Part shown: positions 47,851 through 59,094 of the stretch, piece after piece
Layout: the number at the start of each line of letters is the position of its first letter
How positions within the stretch are numbered: the first letter of the stretch is position 1
NCBI GenBank assembly: GCA_022009675.1
Contig: CP091718.1
Span: forward strand, 1,373,520-1,437,519
DNA from: Oscillospiraceae bacterium
GTDB lineage: Bacteria; Bacillota; Clostridia; Oscillospirales; CAG-272
Direction: 5' to 3'
DNA: 64,000 nt
Notes under the pieces: model-generated
What the model saw: the letters and a program-made list of their open reading frames with translations, nothing else
What the model was told of the DNA's origin: nothing
Database searches by the model: none
Program-made: the position numbers and the translations under genes

Positions 47851-48096
47851 AACGGTAAACGGTAAACCGGTTACCTTTCACCGGGAGACCCACTTTGCCG
47901 CCCGTTGCTACGGCACGGACGGTATCTATCCCGCCCGCGGCAGGCGCTCGCATGGCGGGAGCCCCCCAACCTATCGGTAGGAAACAACGCGGACAATCGT
48001 CCGCCGGTGTTTAACCCCCGGTATGCCGCCACGGACGCCGTCCGGCGCCTTCAGTGGCAGCAAGATTATGATAACTTGCATCAGGAGGAAACAGTT

Positions 48097-48495
48097 ATGC
48101 AAATGTCAGATGTAATTGCCGATATGCTCACCCGCATCCGCAACGCGAATACCGCGAAGCACGCTACCGTTGACATCCCGGCATCCAACATGAAGAAGGC
48201 CATCGCGCAGATCCTCGTTGACGAAGGCTACATCAAGAGCTTTGCCGTCGTGGATGACGGTAAGCAGGGCACCATCCGCGTGACCCTGAAGTATCTGGCG
48301 GGTAAGCAGAAGGTTATCCGCGGGATCAAGCGCGTGTCCAAGCCCGGTCTGCGTATCTACGCAAGCTGCGAGGACCTGCCCAAGGTGATGAACGGTCTCG
48401 GCATTGCCATCGTCTCCACCTCCAAGGGCATCATGACGGACAAGAAGGCTCGCACCCTCAACGTGGGCGGCGAAGTCCTCGCGTTCGTCTGGTAA
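48097..48495 (+). CDS. rpsH: 30S ribosomal protein S8
   Basis: [28 protein letters not shown] precedes ATG 48097. Confidence 0.95.
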   Translation: MQMSDVIADMLTRIRNANTAKHATVDIPASNMKKAIAQILVDEGYIKSFAVVDDGKQGTIRVTLKYLAGKQKVIRGIKRVSKPGLRIYASCEDLPKVMNGLGIAIVSTSKGIMTDKKARTLNVGGEVLAFVW

Positions 48496-48514
48496 GGAAC
48501 GGAGGTGCAAAGAA

Positions 48515-49140
48515 ATGTCAAGAATTGGTAGAATGCCGGTTGCGATCCCCTGCCGGTGTCACGGTTACGGTCGCGGAAGGCAATGTTGTCACAGTCAAGG
48601 GCGCCCTGGGAACCCTGACAAAGAACCTCAGTCCCATGATGGACATCAAGGTCGAGGATGGTCACGTCCACGTCACCCGCCCCAACGATGAAGCGGAGAT
48701 GCGTGCGCTGCACGGTCTGACCCGCGCACTGCTGCACGATATGGTCGTCGGTGTGTCCGAGGGCTATAAGAAGGTGCTTATGATCGTCGGCGTCGGCTAT
48801 AAGGCAGTCAAGCAGGGCAATAAGCTCATGCTGTACCTGGGTCACTCGCTCATGCCCGTGACCGGTCTGCCGCAGGATAAGTTCATCATGGAGGATACCG
48901 ACACCGTCAAGCTGGAGGTTCCCTCTGAGGACGAAATCAAGAAGCAGGGCATCGACAAGATGACCACCGAGAAGATCAGCTCCAGCCTTATCATCGTCGT
49001 CAAGGGCGTTGACAAGCAGGAGGTCGGTCAGACGGCTGCGGTCATCCGCGGCAAGAGACCCGCCCGAGCCGTACCATGGCAAGGGCGTGCGCTATATCAA
49101 CGAGTCTGTCCGCCGCAAGGTCGGTAAGACCGGTAAGTAA
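48515..49140 (+). CDS. rplF: 50S ribosomal protein L6 (two frame breaks; contains an internal insertion of about 25 aa)
   Basis: [19 protein letters not shown]..., with a break at the C4 run near 48541-48546; ...[34 protein letters not shown] (49138-49140), with a break near 49058-49066. Confidence 0.9.
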
Positions 49141-49159
49141 ATGAGGGGAGTGCAACAGT

Positions 49160-49519
49160 ATGGTGACGAAAAAGGATTCTAACCAGGCGCGTCTGAAGCG
49201 CCACATCCGCATCCGGAGCAAGATCTCCGGGACGGCTGAGCGCCCCCGCCTGGCAGTGTACCGTTCCAATGCGAACATCAGCGCCCAGATCATCGACGAT
49301 GTGAAGGGCGTGACCCTGGTCGCCGCTTCCACCTACGGCGCCGGCTTTACCGCCAACGGCGGCAACAAGGCGGCAGCCCGCGAGATCGGCAAGCAGCTTG
49401 CCGAGAAGGCGGTCGCACAGGGTATCACCGAAGTCGTTTTCGACAGAGGCGGCTATCTCTATCACGGACGTGTATCGGAGTTGGCTGAGGGCGCGCGCGA
49501 GGGCGGCCTGAAGTTCTGA
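49160..49519 (+). CDS. rplR: 50S ribosomal protein L18
   Basis: [27 protein letters not shown]. Confidence 0.95.
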   Translation: MVTKKDSNQARLKRHIRIRSKISGTAERPRLAVYRSNANISAQIIDDVKGVTLVAASTYGAGFTANGGNKAAAREIGKQLAEKAVAQGITEVVFDRGGYLYHGRVSELAEGAREGGLKF

Positions 49520-49602
49520 TTGCGTATTCCGCGCAGTCAGTCCGGTTTGTACACTGTTCAAACGCTTGTTTGAACATCAATTCAGAAGGAGAGAAAACAG
49601 AA

Positions 49603-50106
49603 ATGGCTAACAAGTTCAATCCGGGCGAGAACGAGCTGAAGGAAACGCTCGTCTGCCTGAACCGTGTATCCAAGACGGTCAAGGGTGGTCGTGTTGCCCG
49701 CTTCGCGGCACTGATGGTCGTGGGCGATGGACACGGACACGTTGGCGTCGGTCTGGGTAAGGCCGCCGAGGTCCCTGAGGCTATCCGCAAGGGCATCGAG
49801 GATGCCAAGAAGAATATGATTACCGTTTCCCTCAAGGGAACCACCATTCCCCACGAGGTTGTGGGTATTTACGGCGCCGGCAAGGTTATGCTCAAGCCCG
49901 CTGCCCTCGGTACCGGTATCATCGCCGGCGGTAAGGTACGTGCGGTTCTGGAGTGCGCAGGCATTTCCAACATCCGCGCAAAGTGCCTGCGGTCGGATAA
50001 CCCCACCAATGTGGTGAAGGCTGTCATGGCAGGTCTGCAGGAGCTGCGCTCCATCGAGGAGGTCGCGCGTATCCGTGACATTCCTGTGGATCAGGTCAAG
50101 GCGTAA
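49603..50106 (+). CDS. rpsE: 30S ribosomal protein S5
   Basis: [36 protein letters not shown]. Confidence 0.95.
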   Translation: MANKFNPGENELKETLVCLNRVSKTVKGGRVARFAALMVVGDGHGHVGVGLGKAAEVPEAIRKGIEDAKKNMITVSLKGTTIPHEVVGIYGAGKVMLKPAALGTGIIAGGKVRAVLECAGISNIRAKCLRSDNPTNVVKAVMAGLQELRSIEEVARIRDIPVDQVKA

Positions 50107-50121
50107 GGAGGGCAGAGAGAC

Positions 50122-50304
50122 ATGAAAAAAAGGTCACACTCAAGAAAAAGCCTTATCGCCGCGAAGCCCAATCAGATCAAGACCGCTGAGTCCCTCGGAC
50201 TGCGGAAGATCGGAGACTGCATCGTCCATGAGGACAACGCCGTTCTGGCGGGCAAGATCCGGGTTCTCGCTCACCTTGTCACGGTCGAGACCGTCAACGA
50301 CTGA
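50122..50304 (+). CDS. rpmD: 50S ribosomal protein L30 (probable compensating A-run errors at codons 3-9)
   Basis: ...SLIAAKPNQIKTAESLGLRKIGDCIVHEDN. The listed N-terminus MKKRSHSRK would read MKKKVTLKK with A-run corrections at 50125-50131 and 50144-50150. Confidence 0.9.
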   Translation: MKKRSHSRKSLIAAKPNQIKTAESLGLRKIGDCIVHEDNAVLAGKIRVLAHLVTVETVND

Positions 50305-50322
50305 TGAAGGAGGGATAAGAGA

Positions 50323-50766
50323 ATGAAACTGAATGAGCTCAGACCCGCAGAAGGGTCCAGCAAGGCTGCCTGGAGAAAGGGCAGAGGCGCCGGCTCCGGC
50401 AACGGTAAGACTGCCGGTAAGGGCCACAAGGGTCAGAACGCCCGTTCCGGCGGCGGTGTCCGTCCCGGCTTTGAGGGAGGTCAGCTCCCCCTGTACAGAA
50501 AGCTCCCGAAGCGGGGCTTCCACAATAAGTTCGCAACCGAGTACGCGGTGGTGAACCTGAGCACGCTGGAGCAGCGGTTTGCCGACGGTGATACCGTCAC
50601 CCTGGAGACCCTGCTGGAGAAGAAGATCGTCCGTAAGCCTTACGACGGTCTCAAGGTTCTCGCAAACGGAGAACTCACCAAAAAACTGACGGTAAAGGCT
50701 GCCAAGTTCACGGCAGCGGCGAAGGAGAAGATTACGGCGGCAGGTGGACAGGCAGAGGAGGTATAA
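50323..50766 (+). CDS. rplO: 50S ribosomal protein L15
   Basis: [38 protein letters not shown]. Confidence 0.95.
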   Translation: MKLNELRPAEGSSKAAWRKGRGAGSGNGKTAGKGHKGQNARSGGGVRPGFEGGQLPLYRKLPKRGFHNKFATEYAVVNLSTLEQRFADGDTVTLETLLEKKIVRKPYDGLKVLANGELTKKLTVKAAKFTAAAKEKITAAGGQAEEV

Positions 50767-50769
50767 ACG

Positions 50770-52148
50770 ATGTTTCAGACCTTAAAAAACGCATGGAAAA
50801 TTCCCGAGCTTAAGAATAAGCTCCTGTTTACCCTGCTGATCATCGTTCTGTACCGTCTCGGTTCCGCCATTCCGCTCCCGTGGGTCAACAGCGACACACT
50901 GCAGAGCTGGTTCAGCAGTCAGGGCGGCAACGCGCTGGGCTGGCTGAACGTGCTCTCCGGCGGTGCGCTGTCCCGTGCAACGCTGTTTGCACTGTCCGTT
51001 TCGCCCTACATCACGGCATCCATCGTGGTGCAGCTGCTGACCATCGCCATTCCGAAGTTCACCGATTGGAGCAAGGAAGGCGAGAGCGGTCAGAAGAAGC
51101 TCTCCCTCGTTACCCGCTGGCTGACTGTCGTGCTGGCTCTGGTCACGGCTGTCGGCTACACGCTGTATATCTCCAACTCGTGGATGGTGCAGACCTACAA
51201 GAGCACGTGGGAAAAACGTGGTGGTCAAGATCGTGCTGGTGGCTTGCTACTGCGCCGGCGCAGCCCCTTATCATGTGGCTGGCTGAGCGTATCAATGAGT
51301 TCGGCATCGGCAACGGTATCTCCATCATCCTGTTTGCCAACATTATTTCCCGTCTGCCCGCTATGGCAGAGAGCCTGTGGAAGCGTTGCTTCACCTCCGA
51401 CGTCGTGGTTGCCAACAGCACCTACAAGTCGGTCGGTCTCGGCGCTAAGCTGAGCGGCGCGCCGCTGTATATCGTCGGTTCGCTGCTGTTCCTGCTGTTC
51501 ATCGCTATCCTGCTGTTCTTCACCGTGCTGGTCGTCTGGTTCTCCAACTCCGAGCGCCGGATTCCCGTCCAGTACGCGAAGCGTGTTGTCGGACGCAAGA
51601 TGTACGGCGGTCAGTCCTCCACCCTGCCCATCAAGCTGGATATGTCCGGCGTTATGCCGATCATCTTTGCCAGCTCCATCGTGAGCATCCCTTCGACGAT
51701 CGCCGGCTTCGGCGGCACGAGGGCGTGGGCAACGTGGATCAATGACTTCCTCGGTTACACCAGTTTCCCCTATATCGCCATCTACCTGATCCTCATCGTG
51801 GCGTTCGCATACTTCTATATCATGATCTCCTTCAACCCCGTTGAAGTGGCGAACAACCTGCAGCAGAACGGCGGCGCCGTTCCCGGTATCCGTCCCGGCA
51901 GACCGACCGTGGCGTATATCACCAAGATCCTGAACCGGATCACCCTGCTGGGTGCCCTGTTCCTGATCGTGCTGTCCGGTGTGCCCATGATCGTCAACGC
52001 CGTCTGGTACTCCATCGACGGCTACGGGCTGTCGGAGCTGGCATTCAGCGGCTCGTCCCTGCTGATCGTGGTGGGCGTTGCGCTGGAGACCTTCCGTGCG
52101 GTGGAAGCGCAGATGAAGCTGCGGAACTACAAGGGCTTCCTTGACTGA
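50770..52148 (+). CDS. secY: Preprotein translocase subunit SecY (two frame breaks at 51213-51268)
   Basis: MFQTLKNAWKIPELKNKLLFTLLIIVLYRLGSAIPLP... joins ...NVVVKIVLVACYCAGAA... and then ...LIMWLAERINEFGIGNGISIILF. ORFs 50770..51453 and 50880..52148 cover the gene. Confidence 0.9.
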
Positions 52149-52257
52149 TCCGCACGCGCAGCATCGGAGCAGGTAAGAGCGATGGCTGTGTATCCGCATA
52201 GCCCCAAAAGGAAAGACACATCCCATCCAATACAGAAAAACAAGAGGAGGAAACAAC

Positions 52258-52894
52258 ATGAAGCTGATTCTGTTAGGCGCCCCCGGCGCCGGTAAGGGCA
52301 CTCAGTCCGCCCGTATTTCCGAAAAGTACGGCATTCCCGCCATTGCCACCGGCGATATTCTCCGCGCGGCAATCAAGGAGGGAACCGAGCTCGGCAAGTC
52401 TGCGAAGAGCTACATCGACGCCGGCAAGCTGGTTCCGGACGAGGTGGTCATCGGCATCATCCGGGATAAGCTCAACAGCGACGCCTGCCGGAACGGATTC
52501 ATCCTGGACGGCTTCCCCCGTTCCATCCCCCAGGCAGAAGCTCTGGACGCCATGGGCGTGAAGATGGACGCGGTGCTCTCGCTTGAGGTGCCGGATGAGA
52601 CCATCATCCAGCGCATGAGCGGGCGGCGGGTCTGCCGTTGCGGTGCGTCCTATCATGTTGTTTACCTGCCTCCCCAAGCAGGATAATCTTTGTGATAAAT
52701 GCGGCGATACCCTCTACATTCGTGATGACGATGCCGAGGAGACCGTCCGGAAGAGACTGGAGACCTATCACGCACAAACGGAGCCGCTCAAGGCGTTCTA
52801 CGCCGCGAAGGGCATCCTGATTACCGTGCAGGGCAGAGAGGACGTGGAGGATACGACCGCCGATGTCTTTGCCGCTCTTGCCGGTGTGCAGTGA
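52258..52894 (+). CDS. adk: Adenylate kinase (frame break in the C4 run near 52670-52676)
   Basis: [16 protein letters not shown]. The lid reads [37 protein letters not shown]. Confidence 0.9.
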
Positions 52895-52930
52895 ATTGCC
52901 ACCTCCGGTTTCTGAGGTGGATGAAAACGT

Positions 52931-53693
52931 ATGATTCAACTCAAAAACAGTGAACAGATCAAGGCTATGATGGCGGCGGGACGCATCACGGGCGAGGCTT
53001 TGCTACGCGCCCGTGATGCGGTGCGCCCCGGCATCAGCACATGGGAGCTGGACCGCATCGTGCGGGAGAGCATCGAGCGGGCGGGCGCCAAGCCCTCCTT
53101 CCTCGGCTATGGCGGATTCCCCGGATCGGCGTGCATCAGCATCAATGATGAGGTCATCCACGGCATCCCGTCCCATACCCGCATCCTGCAGGAGGGCGAT
53201 ATCGTCAAGATCGACGTCGGCGCCTTCTACAAGGGCTTCCACGGCGACTCCGCCCGCACGGTCCCCCGTCGGGCGCGTCAGCGAGGAGGCACTCCGGCTC
53301 ATCCAGGTTACACGTGACAGCTTCTTCGCCGGGCTGGCTCAGCTCCGGGTGGGAAACCGGCTGGGCGACATCGGCGCCGCAATCGACGGACTGGTCGTGC
53401 AAAACGGCTATTCCACGGTCAAGCGCTATGTGGGGCACGGGGTAGGTCATGAGCTGCATGAGTCCCCCGACGTGCCGAACTACGGCACACCCGGCAGAGG
53501 TCCCCGCCTGTGCGTGGGTATGACCCTTGCTATTGAGCCGATGGTCAACATCGGACGCGAGGAAGTTCGGGAGCTGCAGGACGGCTGGACGGTCAAAACC
53601 GCCGACGGCAGCCTGTCCGCTCACTATGAAAACTCGGTGGCTCTGACCTCCGAGGGCGTTATCAACCTAACCGGTATCGACCCTGCGTTCTGA
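52931..53693 (+). CDS. map: Type I methionine aminopeptidase (frame break in the C5 run near 53260-53266)
   Basis: ...GDIVKIDVGAFYKGFHGDSARTV|PVGRVSEEALRLIQVT...GHGVGHELHE...LAIEPM. Confidence 0.9.
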
Positions 53694-53756
53694 TTCCGGT
53701 CGTATCACAACGAATACTGCACGGGTGTGCAGCTGCACAGAAAGGGAGGGATTTTT

Positions 53757-53975
53757 CTGCCGAAGGATGATGTCATTGAGTTTGAAGGCGTAGTTGAGGA
53801 GGCTCTGCCCAACGCAACCTTCAAGGTCAGGCTTCCCAACGGGCACCAGGTGGTCGCCCATATTTCGGGGAAGCTGCGTCTGAACTATATCCGGATTCTG
53901 CCGGGGGATCATGTGACCGTCGAGGTTTCGGTGTATGACCTCGGGAAGGGTCGCATCACCTGGAGATCCAAGTAA
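53757..53975 (+). CDS. infA: Translation initiation factor IF-1 (no canonical start codon; CTG 53757 or ATT 53751)
   Basis: [71 protein letters not shown]. The GGGAGGG RBS ends at 53750. Confidence 0.85.
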   Translation: MPKDDVIEFEGVVEEALPNATFKVRLPNGHQVVAHISGKLRLNYIRILPGDHVTVEVSVYDLGKGRITWRSK

Positions 53976-54014
53976 ACAACCCCCAACAACGCAAGAAAGG
54001 CATGGTAATCACCA

Positions 54015-54129
54015 ATGAAAAGTGAAACCATCCGTCAAGAAAATCTGCGAGAAATGCAAGATCATCAAGAGAAAAGGCAAGATCATGGTCATCTGCGAAA
54101 ACCCGAAGCACAAGCAGAGACAGGGTTGA
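54015..54129 (+). CDS. rpmJ: 50S ribosomal protein L36 (one extra A at 54018-54021)
   Basis: The repaired sequence is [37 protein letters not shown]. Not in the ORF track. Confidence 0.9.
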
Positions 54130-54217
54130 TCGACAGCCAAGACCGAATTTACACCCCCCTCTCCGGGCATACGTCCGGCGGGGAATAAAAAATCACACAG
54201 AGAGGTGAAAAAAGAGA

Positions 54218-54586
54218 ATGGCTCGTATAGCTGGTGTTGATATTCCCAACAACAAGCGCGTTGAGATTGCTCTGACCTACATCTACGGCATCGGTCGCAA
54301 GAGCGCCAACGATATCCTGGCAGCCACCGGGATCAATCCCGATACCCGTGCCAAGGATCTGACCGAGGATGAGATCGCAAAGCTGCGTGACGAGATCGAG
54401 AGAAACTACCACGTGGAAGGTGATCTGCGCCGCGAGGTGTCCATGAACATCAAGAACCTGGTCGAGATCAATTCCTACACCGGTATCCGTCACAGAAAGG
54501 GTCTGCCGGTCAGAGGTCAGCGCACCAAGACCAACGCAAGAACAAGAAAAGGCCCTGCCAAGACCATTGCAAACAAGAAGAAGTAA
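54218..54586 (+). CDS. rpsM: 30S ribosomal protein S13
   Basis: [26 protein letters not shown]. Confidence 0.95.
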   Translation: MARIAGVDIPNNKRVEIALTYIYGIGRKSANDILAATGINPDTRAKDLTEDEIAKLRDEIERNYHVEGDLRREVSMNIKNLVEINSYTGIRHRKGLPVRGQRTKTNARTRKGPAKTIANKKK

Positions 54587-54601
54587 AGGAGTGGCATAAC
54601 A

Positions 54602-55003
54602 ATGGCAAGAAACGATAAGGCCGCCAAGGTTACGAAGAAGCGCCGCGAGAGAAAAAATATTGAAAAGGGCACGGTGCATATTCAGGCTACCTTCAACAAC
54701 ACGATTGTTACCATCACCGATGTGAACGGGAATGCGATTTCCTGGGCATCTGCCGGTGAGCTGGGCTTCAAGGGCTCCCGTAAGTCCACGCCGTTCGCTG
54801 CTCAGTCCGCCTCCGAGGCTGCTGCCCGCATCGCGGTCGATCACGGTCTGAAGACGGTTGAAGTGTACGTGAAGGGTCCCGGCGCCGGTCGTGAGTCGGC
54901 TATCCGTGCTCTGGAGACCGTGGGTCTGAACATCACCCTGATCCGTGACGTGACCCCCATTCCCCACAACGGATGCAGACCCCCCAAGCGTCGCCGCGTC
55001 TGA
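54602..55003 (+). CDS. rpsK: 30S ribosomal protein S11
   Basis: [30 protein letters not shown]. Confidence 0.95.
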   Translation: MARNDKAAKVTKKRRERKNIEKGTVHIQATFNNTIVTITDVNGNAISWASAGELGFKGSRKSTPFAAQSASEAAARIAVDHGLKTVEVYVKGPGAGRESAIRALETVGLNITLIRDVTPIPHNGCRPPKRRRV

Positions 55004-55030
55004 TTTATAGTTGAAGGAGGAGAAATAACC

Positions 55031-55657
55031 ATGGCAAGATATACAGGTCCGGCATGCAAGCTCTGCCGCAGAGAGGGCAAGAAGCTGTACCTCAAGGGCG
55101 ATCGCTGCGTCAGCGGCAAGTGCGCTCTGGAGCGCAGAACATCGGCTCCCGGTCAGCATGGCGCGGATGTCAAGAAGATGAGAGAGTACGGTATGCAGCT
55201 GAGAGAGAAGCAGACTGCCAAGAGATACTACGGCGTGCTTGAGGCTCAGTTTGCCAACTACTACAAGGAGGCAGACCGCCGCGAGGGTATGACCGGTGAG
55301 AACCTGCTGATCCTGCTGGAGCGCAGACTGGACAACGTCGTTTACCGTATGGGTATGGCTGAGTGCCGCCGCGATGCCCGTCAGCTCGTGCTGCACGGTC
55401 ACTTCACCGTGAACGGCAAGAAGGTCAATATTCCGTCCCTGATCGTGAAGCCCGGCGATGTGATTGCTGTTAAGGAATCCAGCCGTTCTTCCGTCAAGTT
55501 CAAGACGCTGGCGGAGTCCGAGGGCGGCGTTCGTATCCCCAAGTGGATCGATTCCGACAAGAAGAACTTCACCGCCAAGGTTGTGGCTATGCCTGCTCGT
55601 GAGGACATCGACTTCGAGTTCAATGAGCAGCTGATCGTCGAGCTTTATTCCAAGTAA
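55031..55657 (+). CDS. rpsD: 30S ribosomal protein S4
   Basis: [26 protein letters not shown], plus an S4 domain. Confidence 0.95.
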   Translation: MARYTGPACKLCRREGKKLYLKGDRCVSGKCALERRTSAPGQHGADVKKMREYGMQLREKQTAKRYYGVLEAQFANYYKEADRREGMTGENLLILLERRLDNVVYRMGMAECRRDARQLVLHGHFTVNGKKVNIPSLIVKPGDVIAVKESSRSSVKFKTLAESEGGVRIPKWIDSDKKNFTAKVVAMPAREDIDFEFNEQLIVELYSK

Positions 55658-55840
55658 TCTGAATCTCCCATAGGCCCGCTGACCGGTGGGGGAGCAGACG
55701 CGGCGAACGCGCCGCGGACAGTTGACCCCTGTGACGCGCGCCTTCGGGCAAACCCCTGCGCCGGCGCGTTATAACCGGAGCAGGTGCCGGCAATTCGGAA
55801 ACTTGTTTTCCCAAAATAGCAGAAGGAGGTATTATTTGGA

Positions 55841-56815
55841 ATGATTGAGATTGAGAAGCCTAATATTACGACTGCCAACCTCAGTAGCGACGGTACGGAA
55901 GGTACGTTTATCGTAGAGCCTCTGGAGCGGGGATACGGCATTACGCTGGGGAATTCCCTGCGCCGCGTGCTGCTCAGCTCGCTGCCCGGCGTAGCTGTGA
56001 CCAGCATCAAGATCGACGGTGTTCTGCATGAGTTTTCCACCATTCCCGGTGTTGTGGAGGATGTGACCGAGATCGTCCTGAACGTGAAGGGCATCACTGC
56101 CAAGCTGCACGGTCAGGAACCCAAGACCGTGGTCATTGACGTGACCGGCGACCATGACGTGACCGCCGGGGACATCAAGCAGGATTCGGATATCGAAATC
56201 CTGAACCCGGAGCATCACATCTGCACGCTTTCCGGCAACGACCGGTTTTACATGGAGCTGACCTTTGACAGCGGTCGCGGATATGTGTCCCAGGATCGCA
56301 ACAAGCAGCTGCATAACGACCCGGCCGGCATGACCGTTTCGGCTCCTCTCGGCACGATCTTCACGGATTCCATCTACACGCCGGTCTACAAGGTGAGCTA
56401 CACCGTGGACAATACCCGCGTGGGCAATATCACGGACTACGATAAGCTGACACTGGATGTAGTGACCAACGGTACTATTTCCGCAAAGGAAGCGATTTCT
56501 CTCGCAGCCAAGATTCTCAACGAGCATCTCAACTTGTTTGTTGATTTGTCAGATGAGGCAAAGAAGGCAGAAATCATGGTAGAACGTGAAGAGACCAAGA
56601 AAGAAAAGGTTCTTGAGATGACCATTGAGGAACTTGACATGTCCGTGCGCAGCTTCAACTGTCTGAAGCGCGCGGGCATTGACACGGTGGAGGATCTGAC
56701 CAACCGCACCGAGGAGGACATGATTAAGGTCCGCAACCTCGGTAAGAAATCCCTGGAGGAAGTCATCCAGAAGCTGCACTCGCTCGGACTCGACCTCAAA
56801 AAAGAGGAAGACTAA
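55841..56815 (+). CDS. rpoA: DNA-directed RNA polymerase alpha subunit
   Basis: [30 protein letters not shown]. The C-terminal domain reads [22 protein letters not shown]. Confidence 0.95.
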   Translation: MIEIEKPNITTANLSSDGTEGTFIVEPLERGYGITLGNSLRRVLLSSLPGVAVTSIKIDGVLHEFSTIPGVVEDVTEIVLNVKGITAKLHGQEPKTVVIDVTGDHDVTAGDIKQDSDIEILNPEHHICTLSGNDRFYMELTFDSGRGYVSQDRNKQLHNDPAGMTVSAPLGTIFTDSIYTPVYKVSYTVDNTRVGNITDYDKLTLDVVTNGTISAKEAISLAAKILNEHLNLFVDLSDEAKKAEIMVEREETKKEKVLEMTIEELDMSVRSFNCLKRAGIDTVEDLTNRTEEDMIKVRNLGKKSLEEVIQKLHSLGLDLKKEED

Positions 56816-56917
56816 GCCGGAAGCGTTTGCGGCAGGTGCGCCCGAGCGTAACGTCCGAACGCACTACCCGAACCATGAATTTCAGAAGTAAAGATACAGC
56901 AGAAGGAGGCAACGAAA

Positions 56918-57349
56918 ATGCCCGGAACCAGAAAACTTGGCAGACCGACCGCGCACAGAATTGCAATGCTGCGCGGAATGGTCACGCTGTTGCTTGAGAA
57001 CGGACAGATCGTGACGACCGTCACGAGAGCCAAGGAAGTCCGCTCCATCACCGAAAAGATGGTTACGCTCGGTAAGGAGAATACCCTTGCCAGCCGCCGC
57101 GCCGCTCTTTCCTACATTACCAAGGAGGCGGTCGTGGTGAAGCTCTTCACGGAGTACGCTCCCCTGTATGCCGACCGCAAGGGCGGCTACACCCAGATGT
57201 TCAAGCTGGGTCAGCGCCGCGGCGACGGCGCAGAGACTGTCCTGCTCTGCATGGTGGACTACAAGAAGCCCACTGAGGCGGCAGACGACAAGAAGAAGTC
57301 CAAGAAGGAAGCCAAGGCTGAGCCCGCTGAGCAAGCTAAGGCGGAGTAA
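56918..57349 (+). CDS. rplQ: 50S ribosomal protein L17
   Basis: [30 protein letters not shown]. Confidence 0.95.
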   Translation: MPGTRKLGRPTAHRIAMLRGMVTLLLENGQIVTTVTRAKEVRSITEKMVTLGKENTLASRRAALSYITKEAVVVKLFTEYAPLYADRKGGYTQMFKLGQRRGDGAETVLLCMVDYKKPTEAADDKKKSKKEAKAEPAEQAKAE

Positions 57350-57370
57350 TTCCGAAAACTTCAAAAACAC

Positions 57371-57410
57371 TGCCCCCCGACAGGAGTGCATCCTGCCGGG
57401 GGCAATTTTG
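57371..57410 (+). terminator. Terminator of the ribosomal super-operon
   Basis: tgccccc...cagg/cctg...gggggca followed by attttg. Confidence 0.6.
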
Positions 57411-57441
57411 GCTGTAGCCTGTCGTCGGTCGGAAATCGGAA

Positions 57442-57610
57442 TTAAGGCATTACCGCGCAATCCACGCATGGCACACTTGCTTGCGTCTTTTCCGTCATAC
57501 TTCACAAAAATCCTTGTCAGTAGCTCTACTACAGCCTGCGAATTTTTGTATTGTCTGACGAAAAATCCGACTGCGCAATTGCACCATCGGAATTGCGCGG
57601 TAATGCCTTA
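57442..57610. repeat. Element of about 170 bp bounded by perfect 20-bp inverted repeats
   Basis: ttaaggcattaccgcgcaat (57442-57461) is the exact reverse complement of 57591-57610. Both copies are preceded by tcggaatt. Confidence 0.7.
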
Positions 57611-57614
57611 AGAA

Positions 57615-57653
57615 ATGCGGGGAGCAGCTTCCGAAGGAAGCTGCTCCCCGCAT
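57615..57653 (-). terminator. Terminator of the minus-strand ABC ATPase gene (perfect 18-bp stem)
   Basis: atgcggggagcagcttcc / gaag / ggaagctgctccccgcat. Confidence 0.7.
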
Positions 57654-57716
57654 AGTAGTTGCGGTGCCCCGTGTTTCAGGGAACCGAAATGTCGGATCGA
57701 CAACCAGAGCGGCGTC

Positions 57717-58829
57717 TTAGTGCGCGATGCAACGCTCGGTGTCCTTGTCGAAGATATGGATGCGGCTGGTGTCAAAGGCGACCTTGATGGTGTCGCCGGC
57801 GCGGGAAGTGGAGCGGGAGGAAACGCGGGCGATCAGGTTGGTCTCGCCGACCGTCAGATACAGGTAAATCTCGGCGCCCATCAGCTCGGTCACGTCCACA
57901 TAAGCATCAATGGTGCTGTCCGGCAGAACCTCGACCTGTGCGGGCTGGTCATGGATGCACTCCGGACGCAGACCGACGATGACCTCACGGTCAACATACT
58001 CCTTCAGCGCGGGATCGTTTGCCTTCTCGGCGGGCAGCTTGATGGACTTGTCCTCAAAGTTGAAGTACATATCCTCGCCCTTCTTGGTCAGCGTGCCGTT
58101 GATGAAGTTCATCTGGGGCGTACCGATGAAGCCGGCGACGAACAGGTTGCAGGGGCTGTCGTACAGGTTCTGAGGCGTATCGACCTGCTGAATCAGACCG
58201 TCCTTCATAACGACGATACGGGTTGCCATCGTCATAGCCTCGACCTGGTCGTGCGTGACGTAAACAAAAGTGGTACCGACACGGTTATGCAACTTGGTCA
58301 GCACGGTTCTCATGGAAGCACGGAGCTTCGCGTCCAGGTTGGACAGAGGCTCGTCAAGCAGGAAGACCTTGGGGTTACGCACGATGGCACGACCCAGCGC
58401 GACACGCTGCTTCTGACCGCCGGACAGAGCCTTCGGCTTACGGTCGAGCAGGTGGGTGATATCCAGAATGCGGGCAGCCTCCTCAACGCGGCGCTTGATC
58501 TCCTCCTTCGGGGTCTTGTTCAGCTTCAGACCGAATGCCATGTTGTCAAACACGGTCATGTGCGGGTACAGAGCGTAGTTCTGGAACACCATGGCGATCT
58601 GGCGGTCTTTCGGTGCCACATCGTTGACCAGCTGGTCGCCGATGAAAAGCTCACCCTCGGTGATTTCCTCCAGACCTGCGATCATACGCAGGGTCGTGGA
58701 TTTACCGCAACCGGAAGGACCGACCAGAACCAGAAATTCCTTGTCCTTGATCTCCAGGTTAAAGTCGGACACGGCGGTGACGCCGCCGGGGTACTTCTTA
58801 TAAATGTGACGAAGAGATACGCTTGCCAT
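57717..58829 (-). CDS. Sugar-type ABC transporter ATP-binding protein (MsmX/MalK family), second orphan copy
   Basis: MASVSLRHIYKKYPGG..., GPSGCGKST, LSGGQKQRVALGRA, FLLDEPLSNLD. AGGAGGA RBS before ATG 58829. Confidence 0.9.
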   Translation of the reverse strand: MASVSLRHIYKKYPGGVTAVSDFNLEIKDKEFLVLVGPSGCGKSTTLRMIAGLEEITEGELFIGDQLVNDVAPKDRQIAMVFQNYALYPHMTVFDNMAFGLKLNKTPKEEIKRRVEEAARILDITHLLDRKPKALSGGQKQRVALGRAIVRNPKVFLLDEPLSNLDAKLRASMRTVLTKLHNRVGTTFVYVTHDQVEAMTMATRIVVMKDGLIQQVDTPQNLYDSPCNLFVAGFIGTPQMNFINGTLTKKGEDMYFNFEDKSIKLPAEKANDPALKEYVDREVIVGLRPECIHDQPAQVEVLPDSTIDAYVDVTELMGAEIYLYLTVGETNLIARVSSRSTSRAGDTIKVAFDTSRIHIFDKDTERCIAH

Positions 58830-59094
58830 TGAGATTTTCCTCCTAAAAATTTTGGAATCGGTACAGCTTCCCATTACACGCAGTTTTAACGGGGATGAAC
58901 GCCGCGATGGGTAGCCGCGGCGAGAAGTATTTTATTCACCCGTATATTATAGCAGAAACCGAGACAAAAATAAAGTGTTTATTCCTCCAAACTTTCAGAA
59001 ACCGATTTGTATAGTCTGCACAACGCTTTCCGCCGTCCGGCTACGGGCGCGGACCGGTGTCCCGGGACGGATTTTAATATATTAAGATTTGCTT

